Of a DNA stretch of 64,000 bases, positions 48,930 to 60,145 are shown piece after piece (within the stretch, counting starts at the first letter, position 1; every line of letters begins with the position of its first letter). The translations under genes and the position numbers were made by a program. Source of the stretch: Amoebophrya sp. A120 (Eukaryota > Protista > Dinoflagellata); the NCBI GenBank assembly GCA_905178155.1, contig CAJINV010000001.1, forward strand, positions 4,630,747-4,694,746, written 5' to 3'. The notes under the pieces are model-generated. The model made no database searches and was not told the DNA's origin. It saw only the letters and a list, made by a program, of their open reading frames with translations.

Positions 48930-51036
48930 ATGGTTCGACTCCAGCCCGGGAACAAGCCCGGCGCTGCGGCGTCGGGCGGTGGGGCGCGCGAGAAGGAGCA
49001 GAAAAACAGCGACCTCACCGGGAATACTATGCGAATACAGACGGCGCGCGGCAAGGTTTATCTTTTCGGAGTCCGCCTGTTTCAGAACGACTGGACCGGC
49101 ACGGTGATAACCGGGTTGATTCTCGGTATATTCGTGGCCAAGTGCTGCGGCTACTTCGGATGGTCCGCGCCGGGGTCGGACGAGGCGTATTACACCTTGG
49201 CGTGTCTGTTTCTTATCTACGGCATGCTGCTGGCTGCGGATCTGCAAAAGAGCATCGGCGTGGACGTGGTACTCCTCGCTTGCCTTTCGGTCGCGTTTCT
49301 GATAAAACACTCGGATTCCATCCTGCACCCGAGTAGTAACTTTGAGGTCAACTGGGTCCGTCCGGTGGCGTTCACGGTGTTTGGAATACCAATACAGAGC
49401 TTCGGGATCTGCATGGCCGCGGCGTTTCTGGTGTGCCACGAACTCGCAGAACGGGAGTTCTCAGTGAATAAGGTATAGAATTATATTTTTCCGGATGTGC
49501 GACACCGGATGAAATTTTGATTGTTCCTTGTTCCCTACGTCATCATTGATTTCACAAACATATCACCCATTTCAGATAGAATGTGCCGCGGGTCCGCTTT
49601 TGGTTGCAGCGACGGTCGGGGGCCTTTTCGGTGCAAAGGTGCACTACGTAATCTTGAATGCCCACATAGACGACGCCGCGTTTTTTGCCCCAGGCTTGGT
49701 GTGGCAAGGCGGAGCACTCATGGGGGCTGCCTGCGTTATTGCGTACGTGAAGGTACTAGCGAATTTTGTCAACTGCGGGTTCTTCATCTGCTTGACGCAT
49801 AATCTATCAATTGTGCATGACTAGTATTACATCAAAAAAAACCGGCACAAAGTCTCGTCCACAGAACCATGAAAATTCTCATCGACAGTCCTTCTCCACT
49901 GAGATCGTTCACCGCGTATTAGACGTGTCCGCGCCCTTGCTCCCGCTCGGGCACGCGATCGGAAAAATCGGCTGCTTTGTCTCGGGCGACGGTTGCTACG
50001 GCCCCCACAGCAGCTACTACTTCGCGATGAGCTTCCCGCACGGTCGGCTGCCGACGAAAAGGCCGGTGCACCCGACTCCCATCTACGAAATGATCCTTTC
50101 CGGGCTGGTTTTCCACTACCTGTGGACGCGACGGCACGTCGCGCTGTGGTTCAAGGGGGACTATCAAATGTAAAAGTGTCTGGGTCTGGAAGACTCATGC
50201 TGTTTTTGCATGACACAGAAGGTCTGGCATGGAAGCTCTAGCATCACACGTCTCGAGAAGCTTCCGCAATGCCGAATCCGCATGACAAATGCCGCACTCT
50301 GGTGACAGAAAGTGGGCAACTTTTGCTAACTATGCATGAGAGATTTTTATGTGTTGTGAAATGCGCATCACAAGTTTGTCTTCTTCCAGACCCAGACATT
50401 TTTGCAATTCATAGGGACCAAACGACGCTGATGTTCCTCCTGACCAGCGTCACGAGGTTTATCACGGAAATTATTACAATGAAAAATGCCCCCACCCCAG
50501 AACTTGGCAGCATTTGTATTGCGAACCTTTCCAATGGAAACACTCCCCGTCTTGCACATATCAGCATCACAAATCCTCCATGCTGAATAGCTCAGATTTG
50601 TGTTGCAAAGGAGCACAACAGCAGCCGCATCTGTTATGCAAAAGATACCTTGCGCACCTAAATTCTGCATCAGCAATGAATGCTCGTAGTCCTTTCATGC
50701 AAGACGAAAATCTTTCATTTGGAAACTTTGCATGAGAAACTTTTGCCGGGGGCATTTTTCATTGTAATAGAAATTTGGCGAGACCACAACCACGACGGCC
50801 AGGCCGAGCCGCTGTGGCCCTGGAATCAGCAGCAGATGATCTGCGCCTGGGTCTTCGTCTTGTCCTGCGTCACCCGACTACTCATCCGATGGCAGGCATT
50901 TGTAGAAACGAGCAAGGCCAACGCGCCATTAGTGCCTGGAGAGAACAAAGGGGAAGAAGGGGGAAAGAACGCAAATGAGAGCAACGCCAGACAAACCGTA
51001 AACACGGGTGGCACCACATCGAAAAAGAAAAGATAA
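48930..51036 (+). CDS. lgt: Prolipoprotein diacylglyceryl transferase (Lgt)-like protein
   Basis: PVAFTVFGIPIQSFG, GGLFGAKVHYVI, GLVWQGGALMG, LDVSAPLLPLGHAIGKIGCFVSGDGCYG, VHPTPIYE, RFITEIWRD. Two probable GT-AG introns and two TIR elements. Confidence 0.85.
50162..50413. mobile_element. TIR intron element, family A (252 bp)
   Basis: TATCAAATGTAAAAGTGTCTGGGTCTGGAAGA...TCTTCCAGACCCAGACATTTTTGCAATTCATA; DR GGGAC; spliced FKGD/QTTLMF. Confidence 0.93.
50472..50769. mobile_element. TIR intron element, family C, reverse orientation (298 bp)
   Basis: TATTACAATGAAAAATGCCCC...GGGGCATTTTTCATTGTAATA; DR GAAAT; spliced RFITE/IWRD. Confidence 0.93.
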
Positions 51037-51824
51037 CGACTTTATTATAGGTCGAACTGACATAAGAATGAACACCAATGTTGAGAAAGAGAAGAAGAAG
51101 CATTTCTTTGCGGCTTCCAAGAAGCCCCATGCGCTTTCCACATCGCAACGTCGACATTTGCAAAAACTCGACAAGAGTTTGTGATGGACGAGGTGATGTT
51201 GCATCTTTCAGTTTCAGAGAGCATATCTTCTCGCCGTTACAGAAGCTGCTCAAAAAAGGATTGGCTCCAAGACGATCTATCTATAATTCACTACTACCCG
51301 TCGAACTTCGAAGATCTCTCGGCCGTGCAGCAGCGCTCTCGGATGATCCTACTTGAACATCGCTCAAATCACTTTTGATCCACGATTTCGTGTCGTACCC
51401 ACATTATACGGTGAGATCAACGACGAGGGTTTTATGCTGATAAAAATGCGCGATCAAGAACAAATGCGGATCAGATTTTACCTTTATTTCACCTGTTCAG
51501 AAAAGTTCTGCTTGAAGACGAAAGTTCGTTCCATCGGTCGTCTCTCCGAGGGTCAGTCAATTGTTTTCATACGGCTCTGTATTTTGCTCTTACATTCAAC
51601 ACAGACCACATAAGTACTAGCGACACTTTTCTCTTAGACCTGTACTCTCCATTTTTAGCTTCACCCGATTTTCAAACCCACACCTCGTATACTATCACTT
51701 TACGACGCGTCTCTCTTTTCGTCACAGATTTTTGTCCCCAAAGTACTAACCTATACGACTTCCTTATTCAGCCATTCGCTTGACTAGCTTTTTGATCCGC
51801 CGTCGTCCTGCAGTACGTCGTAGC

Positions 51825-54274
51825 ATGAGCAACGCGCTGCGTCTGAACGTGGATTACCTGCGTCAAATTGGACTAGCTGTCGCCATGCCGGAGAACGGAG
51901 TGAGCAACGGAACCGCGGCCGCCGCCGCGCCGGTCAACAAACCCGCAACGGGGTCGGGTGAAGCGGGCGCCAAGAAAAAGGGAAAGAAAAACGAGAAAAA
52001 ACAAATGATCGACCTCGCACCCCCGCATGGCACAAGAGACTTTTTCCCCGAAGAAATGAGAGCAGAACAATGGTATTGACGTAATATTGAATGAACATAA
52101 AAATACTTGTAGTACTGACTTTAGTCGAACAACGCACTGCAGCTGACGCAAGTCATCGTCTGCTTGATCAGATGCAGAAGTTAGTTTTGCTTTGCTGGTT
52201 TTGGTGAAAGGATGTGATCGTCAATATGTATAACCACATTTCCCAGGTTGTTCGACAAGTTTTCTGGCACCGCGAGACGGTTTGGTTTTGAGAAATACGA
52301 CGCACCGGTCCTGGAGAACGTTGCACTGTACGAAAGAAAAGCCGGGGAGGAGATCACGGAGCAGATGTACAATTTCATCGACAAGGACGGCGCGAGCGTG
52401 ACCCTGCGACCCGAGATGACGCCCAGTTTGGCCCGGATGGTGCTCAACCTGATGCGCGAGGAGACGGGCCAGATGGCCACCATGCTGCCGCTCAAGTGGT
52501 ACAGCATCCCCCAGTGCTGGCGCTTTGAAACCACGCAGAGGGGCAGGAAAAGAGAACACTACCAGTGGAACATGGACGTATAAGACTTCTGCATTTTATG
52601 CTAACATAGTAGTTGTCATGGCTAGAACATCAAGAGTCCTCGTAGAGACAACTTTGTCCAAAGGTACTAAATGCTTAATACACACTTCGGTTATTTAATC
52701 CTAACAGCCGTAATCTGGGTCATCAGAATGAATCGAAACGCCTTTGAGTTTTTGAATCCCTTCACTGAACAATAAACAGATGATCGGCGTGGACAATATT
52801 ACCTCTGAAGCCGAGCTGCTCGCGTCCGTGGTGGATTTCTTTGAGTCTGTTGGTCTCACCGCCGCCGACATCAAGATCAAGGTGAACAGCCGGAAGGTTT
52901 TGGGTTTCGTCCTGGCCAAGGCCGGCGTGTCGGACGAGCAGTTCGCCGCGGCCACGGTGATTATCGACAAGCAGGACAAAATTGGCGCGGAGGAGTGCAA
53001 GAAGCAGCTGAACGAACAGCTGAATCTTCCCATGGACACATGTAACAAGATCGTGGACGCAACGGCCGCGGAGACCCTGCAGAAGTTCGCGGAAGTCGCC
53101 GAGGCAACGGACAGTGAGGAAGTACAAGAACTGCAGCAGCTCTTCGATCTCGCGAAGGACTACGGCTACGGGGACTGGTATAGTGTCTTAAGGATGATGC
53201 GGCAAAATAGCAGCAGAGTTGCATGTTTAAAACTTTGTCAACATTCTATAGTTTTTTGAACATTGAACTTGAAGAAAGACAAGTGAGCCGTCGTGAGAAA
53301 CGAAAATTGACGTTGCTGATGAAAAGTATAATTTTAGATTGTTCCATCGAATCACCCCTACAACAGGCTGGTATTCGACGCTTCTGTTGTCCGGGGTCTG
53401 GCGTATTACACGGGTATCGTTTTCGAAGCCAACGACCGCAAGGGGGAGTTCCGCGCAATCTGCGGCGGCGGCAGGTACGACAAGCTGCTTTCCCTGTACG
53501 GGGCGAGTAAGCCGATCTCCATGTGCGGTTTCGGCTTTGGGGACTGCGTGATCATGGAGCTTTTGAAGGAGAAAAAGCTGCTGCCGGAATTTAAGCAGAA
53601 CGCCGACTACTTGGTAGGGTTTTTTGGGTTGGTCATGCCCCTTACGCATTTTGTGTAGTTCAGGCTCAGGAGCTTCATTTTTTGCATGCGGGAGGAACGA
53701 TTTGCGATGACACTGCAGGGAAATAAGCGAAAGCAAGATTTATTGCGAGTCAAAGTTCCGAAGTGGTGATGAAATCCACGCATCTAGTACTAAAATTTTT
53801 CGTTTTATCACTACCAATGGCAAACTCCCCCCCGGTGGCCGGGCACTGCTAAAACGGGCGGTGAAACGTCACTGGGGGTGCAGAAGTGGTCTAACCACTT
53901 CTGCAGAAGCATTTACCTTCTGAGAATTGCACTACAGTATGTGGGAGGCTTTTACCGCTCACCTTAAGAAGCGCACACGTCATTCATTTTATCACTACAA
54001 ACAGGTCTGCGCCTTCAACAAGGACATGCTAGGTCCCGCGATGAAGGTGGCCCGTGAGCTGCGAAAAACCGACAAAACCGTGGTGTTCTACCAGCAGGTC
54101 GCGAAAAAGATCGCGAATGCGTTCAACTACGCCGACCGCATTGGGGCGCGGTACGTCGCGCTTGTGGCTCCGGACGAGTACCAAAACGGCTTGGTCAGGA
54201 TTAAGGACCTGCGCGAGGAGGACGTGGACAAAAAGCAGAAGGACGTACCCATCGAAGAGTTGAAAAACTTGTGA
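51825..54274 (+). CDS. HARS: Histidyl-tRNA synthetase
   Basis: [67 protein letters not shown]-terminal anticodon-binding domain. Only GT-AG-type introns seen. Confidence 0.96.
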
Positions 54275-55560
54275 TGGACATTTGTACTTCTATCCTCTGA
54301 AAATAATAGTACAGTGTCCCCCGAAACAAGTACATACTGAATTTGAAGCTGCATTTATTGCGGTTTTTCTCTTTCCTTTCGCGCGTCGTGTTTGCTGCTT
54401 CGAAGTATTTCACCTGAGCGAATTCGCTTGCCATGGCGAAGCGAAACGCTCACTGTGATCGATTTTCAACGCAAAAAAAAGAAACGCAAAGACCGTAAAA
54501 AAAAGAACGAAATTCAAGTCGCTGCCTGACCCCGTAGTGGTCGGCTGCTCGTTCGAACGCGCAGAGAATGCTTGGAATGCTGTTCCCGAAAAACGAAAAA
54601 GTTTTATAAACGGAGCTCCGCTGTTGAGAACGTCAATCAGTCACAGATGCGTTCCGTTTGTGCAGCGTGCGCGCAGCGTGGATCAAACAATTGTTTCTGT
54701 GGTGGCCAAATCTACAAGCAGCGGCGCGCCTCCGTTCCCTTTTTGCGTGTGGCTTTGGACACCGTGGTGATCGTTTGGAGGCGGCACACGAAAGAAAAAG
54801 AAAAATGAAATTCTTTATTAAGTCTTGGCAGGCGCAGGAATTTCTATTTCACGATTACCATGATGATGTTACACGGTTTTACGAACAGAAACAGCACGTA
54901 AACGAAATATAAATACTGATATTTGTCACTCTTGTACGATACGAATTACACAATTTACTAGGAAGGTGTAATGGCACATACTCGATCTGCCGCCGTTGCC
55001 CTTCAGCTAGAGCAGTGTCCTTGAAGATCTGCGTGGCGCGGACAATTTCAAGCGAAATTCATAGAATCTTCTAACAAAAGGACGTACGCGGTCGACATAG
55101 TCTATTCCCTTCAAAACGCCTACTCGCTCATCATTTTTAATACGCTACTGTTATGTTTTAGTTTTTGTTTGTCATTTCTTTCATCGAACAGGCCGAATCG
55201 AACGAAGTAGATGTCTAATCCTTCAGGAGCATTTTTTGTATCGAGATTAGAACTCTTTGCCGTAATATGATGTTCTTGTAGGAACCACTGTCGCTGTGCT
55301 GGTGAACTACGCGCTAATGTCTGACACCCTAGCGCTAGAAGAATGGGGACTCGTCAGCACTCGTCGAAAATCCCACCGAAAAATACAACCTATTCCGGAT
55401 TTGTTTAGTGAAAGATTTTGCAGCTGCTCTACTTCGGGAGAGTCAGCGGGGACAAGCCGGCCAGGAGCCCTAATTTGTAAAAGTAGACCTGGGCCTAGAT
55501 AGAACAGCCACTGTGCACGACCGGCATTTGTCGTTCTTCTCCTAGGCCGTGCCGCAGATC

Positions 55561-58500
55561 ATGTATTCCTCCTTCTCATACCCAGGGTCGAAGAGCGCGT
55601 CCAAGGGCGGGAGTAGTACTTACGGGAAGACCGGCAAAGGCGGGGCGGCGGCAAGTAGCTACCAGCAGGCTTACCACCTCGCCAGCGCGCAGCAGCAGCA
55701 CAGCGGGTCCACGGCCTGGGCCGCCGGTGGGTATAATTATCACCAGCCGGCGCACATCAGCGGTTCCTACCTCGGTGCTGCTGGGCCAACGTCTTCGTAC
55801 ATTCCGGATAGTGGGTCGAGTGGGACGAGCGTGGGCTCGTGGCAGGCGCAGAGCCACGCAGAACTGCTGGCGGAGCTGCAAATTCAGCAGTACAATCACG
55901 CGGCGGCCGAGCAATACGGAGTAGAGCAACAGGCTGGTGAGCACTCGTTGTACAGCGCGTCGCCGGAACTCCTGCAACACCAGGCGGAACAGGCAGTGGC
56001 CGCGGCCGGTGCGGTGGGGTACCCAGATTACTCCTCCTACCTGTACAACTCAACAGGAGCTGCTGCAGCGGAACAGCAACAGCACGCCGCGTACTACCAG
56101 CAACTTTCGTCCACGGTGTCGGTCCCGCCGGGCTTCGAACCGGAAGATTCGCAACCGATTTGGGCGGATCACGGGGGAGTAGAGCTGGGAGTAACAGACA
56201 CCAGCACTTCTGCGCGGACTAGCGAAAATATTAAAGGGGAGACCACTTCTGCAGCACTACAAGGTTCTGCTGCAAGCAGGATTTCGCTTATTTCCGTTGG
56301 GACTTCTTCTGCGGGATCGTCCTCCTCCTCGTCAGCAAGCGCGAGCGGGAGCGCAGCCACTTCCTCCGGCAGCTTCAGCAAAGTTACGGACCCTTCGCAA
56401 ATCAAGGAGTTCCATCCCACGTTGAGCCACAGCCCTGCGGGGGATTTGGTGCCGAGCTTAACGGCGGCGTTAGAAGCGTCGCCGGCGGGACCTTGTTCCG
56501 ACTACAAGTATATGGAAGAGGAGTACAGTGCGGGATATCTTCCACCTCCCGAATCATCTTCAACCTCCGCTGAGTCCGTCGCTTCCGCGGCTGCGGCAGC
56601 GTACCACCTGAAGCAGGCAGCGCTGTACGGTAGCTTTCTGCGTGCTGCATCTTCCCAGCACCAGGCCGCGCAACTTGCGGCTGCGGAGCACCTCGACCCG
56701 GCTACGTTTTACGCCACCGGCTTTGCTCCACCGCCGAGCGGGTCCTTGGTCCCATCGCCGGGGCTTTTCGCGGGTGGAGCTGCAGCAGCGAACGCTGCCG
56801 CACTAGCGGCCGGGCTGAAAAACAGCGGCAAGACCACGAGCGCATCCAAAGCCTCTTCTTCGGGAAAGCACCACAAAGGCGGAAAGCAGGGCGGATTCGG
56901 AGGAGGTGCAGCAGCTTTTTCTTCGCACGGCGGCAAGAACGGACACAACATGAAGGGTCCGGCGGGCGGGGCGCATAATGCCTCGAGCAAGCACGACCAA
57001 CATCTTGGGAAGCAGGGGGCCTACGGAAAGACCTCCTTCTCCCCTTCCGCGTCCTCTTCGAACAGCAGCTCGGCCTCGCCGGCGCCAAATAAACCCCAGC
57101 CGCCCAGCAGCACGGCCGTCGCGAATGCGAACTTTGTGCCCCCGATCGGCCAGGGTGGCGTGTTGGCCACGGGTAACACCGGGTCCACGAAGGGAGCGGG
57201 CGGCAAGCACGGGAAAAAGTGGCCCCGCTACCTTCCGGAGTACCCCACGGAGGACTTTTGGAAGTACAGCAGCTTCGGCGACGTGTCAGTATGATAGTGC
57301 ACAACTCCCCCTCCCCCTCATTTGTAATGCAAAATTCCCAACTCACGCTCACGCTCATCCTGTGCCTCCTGGCACGTTTTGCATGACAAGTTCTGGAAGC
57401 CCAAATAGCACTACACTCCTCCGCAAAGTTGTCATGCAAAACCTGCATTCTTGCTGGCACTTGTATTGCCGTTCATGCTATACAAATGAGGGGGAGGGGA
57501 TGTTGTGCACTGTCATAGTCAGAGAGGATTCACTACTTAGGAATCGCCTACAGCTACCTGAACTACTTCAGTGCGCGCACGGAAGAGATCATGGACCGCC
57601 AACGTCAGCGCTCGCGTTTGCTCAAGATGATTCAGTATACGCCACCAACGTCAACAGTCGATGCGCGGGCTCCTTCGTCCACTGGAACTTCTGCAAGCGT
57701 CAAGAGCGACGGCAATGCCAGTTGTGGGGCCAACAAAATAAATTCAATTCCACCGGCGGAGCTCGAGGAGGGCTCCCTCTTTGGCGCTTCCGTGGACGCG
57801 GACGCCATGAAAAAGCGTTTTGACGACCTGACGAACCGCGAGAGGGGCGCTGTGGCTGCGAATTGGTGCGTGATTCGGACCATGCTCGAACTGCAGGAAG
57901 ACCTGGACAGTGCCAGGTTCATCACCTCCGGAGTACCAAACTCGTTCAAGGTCGACCAAGACAACGACGGCCGGGTACTACTTCTATCGGAACTTTGGAG
58001 TTTCATTTTTGCAAATTTGCGCAGGATTTTGATTGCATAAGTTTGCGCGGATTTTTCGTCTGCTCAATATGTTTAGCCGATATCTTTTGAGGATGTGCGG
58101 AAGCGATTCTACATGTACGAAATTTTTGGGACGAAAATAATGAACGCAATACAGACTGGAGCGACCCTGAAGCAGTTGGTCAGGGACTGGTCAGAAGAAG
58201 GCAAAGAAGATACCTAATTGAAAACATTCGACCAAGACAGTGAAATGTGCGCCTAGCAGCTTTACTGCGGAAGTAAAGTTCAATAGGCTGCGGCCAGTTG
58301 CATTTCGTTGTGCTTTGTAAGTATACCGTATGTTTTTGTATCACCATCTTTTTTTATCTATGACTCTCTCGCAGCGGTACAACGTGTTTTGTATTGAGGT
58401 TGAGTGTTTTCATGGTGATTTCTGAGCGCGACCTGGCCTACAAACCGTTGCTTGACGCACTGGAGAAATATTTACCGCTTACCGAAGAGATGAAGAGCGG

Positions 58501-60145
58501 GGTGGCGGATCCACGCGACCACTACCGCGTCAGCGTTCCTGGATGCGGGCTCGCCAGGCTTTTGTTTGAGGTAGCAAATAATTTTCTGTTCTCATCATGT
58601 TGAATGTCATGCAGCATGCAGTATCATGTCGCACATTTTTGAGAATTATACCACTCAGCCGCTCTCTGCTGATCATTATCAAGAATCACAATGAATCGCT
58701 GCAGGTTGTGAACCGAGGGTATTGTGGTGAGGGAAACGAGTTTTCTTGGCACATGATGATGATGGGCGACTTCATCCTAAATTGCTGCGACGAACCGAAT
58801 ATGTACACCATATACCCATGGGCGACGTCATACAAGGAAAAGATCACGGACGAGTAAATAAATATAACATAGAGTAGTTTTTTTTCGATTAAGGTCGCAC
58901 GCAGTGTACTCACGGAGCTCCCTCCTATCCGTGTATAATTATCTGGTCGTCATGTATTGTAGGTATAGTAGCGCCATAGATCATAGAAGTGGAAGTGCAT
59001 GTAGCAGTGTCTAAAGGGCCTCTTTAAATCCATTGCCATACGTTCTTTTACCAGGGGTCGGCTGAAAGGCATCCGGATTCCGGATGTGTCAGTGCTCCGG
59101 GAACTGACCAACCCGAAGCGCACCCTACCCGTGGTCGGCTTCGGGATGGCGTCCGGGGACTTCACTGAGATTTACGGGCGCGAGTCGCAGGTGGGACAGT
59201 GGGACGCGGTCCTGACCTGCTACTTCGTGGACACCGCGCGCAACATCTTTCTCTACATTCGCACCATCGCGAAGATGCTGCGGTCCGGCGGCGTGTGGGC
59301 GAACCTGGGGCCGCTGTTGTGGCACTTCGCGGAGACGCCGTATCAAATGTAAAAGTGTCTGGCTCTGGAAGAATGCAACTTGTCATGCTGATTTTGGATT
59401 CTAAAAAAATCTGTATTGCATGAGCAGCAAAGAGAGTCCAAGTTTTGCTACACGGAAAGAGCATTTGTCATGCGGTATAGGCATCAGGAAGCCCTCACAA
59501 AATCTGTGACGCTAGGGCATGCATCACAGACATCAGGAGTCATGCGAAATGTGCATGACAAACCTGGCAATCTTCCAGACCCAGACATTTTTGCATTTGA
59601 TATGCCGGAGCAGCACTCGATCGAGGTGTCGTACCACGAACTTATGCTCGCGGTCCGCATATCTTAATGAAAAATCCCCCCTCGCCATACTAAAACGGAG
59701 ATTTGTGTAGCGTGATTTGTGACCACAAATCATGTTGTCATGCTAGAAGGCAAAAGATGCGGACTGTAGTGCTGGCTGGCGTGGGAAAGCCTTTCATCTT
59801 CAGCATGCCAGGAGGCAACTGGAAGTGGGAAACAGCATGACAAACTTCCTGCAGTCCAGGCCAAGACTGCGCTTCTTGGCCTTCTAGCAATACAAGGCTA
59901 TAATTTGTGTACGCCAATCCAGCATCACAGATGTCTCTTTCGATATGGGGAGGGGTGATTTTTCCTCGCAATGCCGCAAGTACTTCGTGATTCGGGAGGA
60001 TCGCGACGTCCCCGTGGGACCGGGCTACAACTTCGACGACAACAGCACGCGCAACAACCGGTTTCGCCCAAAGCTCTTCGTGGGCATACGCAACAAGAAA
60101 CCGGTCAAGGGGGAGAGCAACCCGGTGTACAACGAGGAAATGTAG
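55561..60145 (+). CDS. CARNMT1: Carnosine N-methyltransferase (N2227-like) with long low-complexity N-terminus
   Basis: LKQLVRDWSEEG, VPGCGLARLLFE, GNEFSWHMM, GDFTEIYG, WDAVLTCYFVDTARNI, WANLGPLLWHF, SIEVSY. Three TIR elements plus other introns whose exact ends (~57975-59054) I did not all resolve. Confidence 0.88.
57290..57517. mobile_element. TIR intron element, singleton (228 bp)
   Basis: TATGATAGTGCACAACTCCCCCTCCCCCTCATTTGTA...TACAAATGAGGGGGAGGGGATGTTGTGCACTGTCATA; DR GTCAG; spliced GDVS/ERIHYLG. Confidence 0.93.
59341..59602. mobile_element. TIR intron element, family A, reverse orientation (262 bp)
   Basis: TATCAAATGTAAAAGTGTCTGG...CCAGACATTTTTGCATTTGATA; DR CGCCG/TGCCG; interior resembles the reverse complement of the 44313 copy. 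Confidence 0.93.
59660..59973. mobile_element. TIR intron element, family B, reverse orientation (314 bp), ends ATG
   Basis: TATCTTAATGAAAAATCCCCC...GGGGTGATTTTTCCTCGCAATG; DR CCGCA; spliced LAVR/KYFVIRE. Confidence 0.9.

Noticed and set aside
3475-57522. Ten of 20 DRs begin with G, creating ATA|G as a possible acceptor
   Set aside because: The sample is too small against GC-rich exon background, and eight elements have no usable AG.
22767-59602. Recurrent peptides FQTQTFLHLI, KCKNVWVWK and SNVKMSGSGR in many ORFs
   Set aside because: These are translations of the family A TIR in different frames, not a protein domain.
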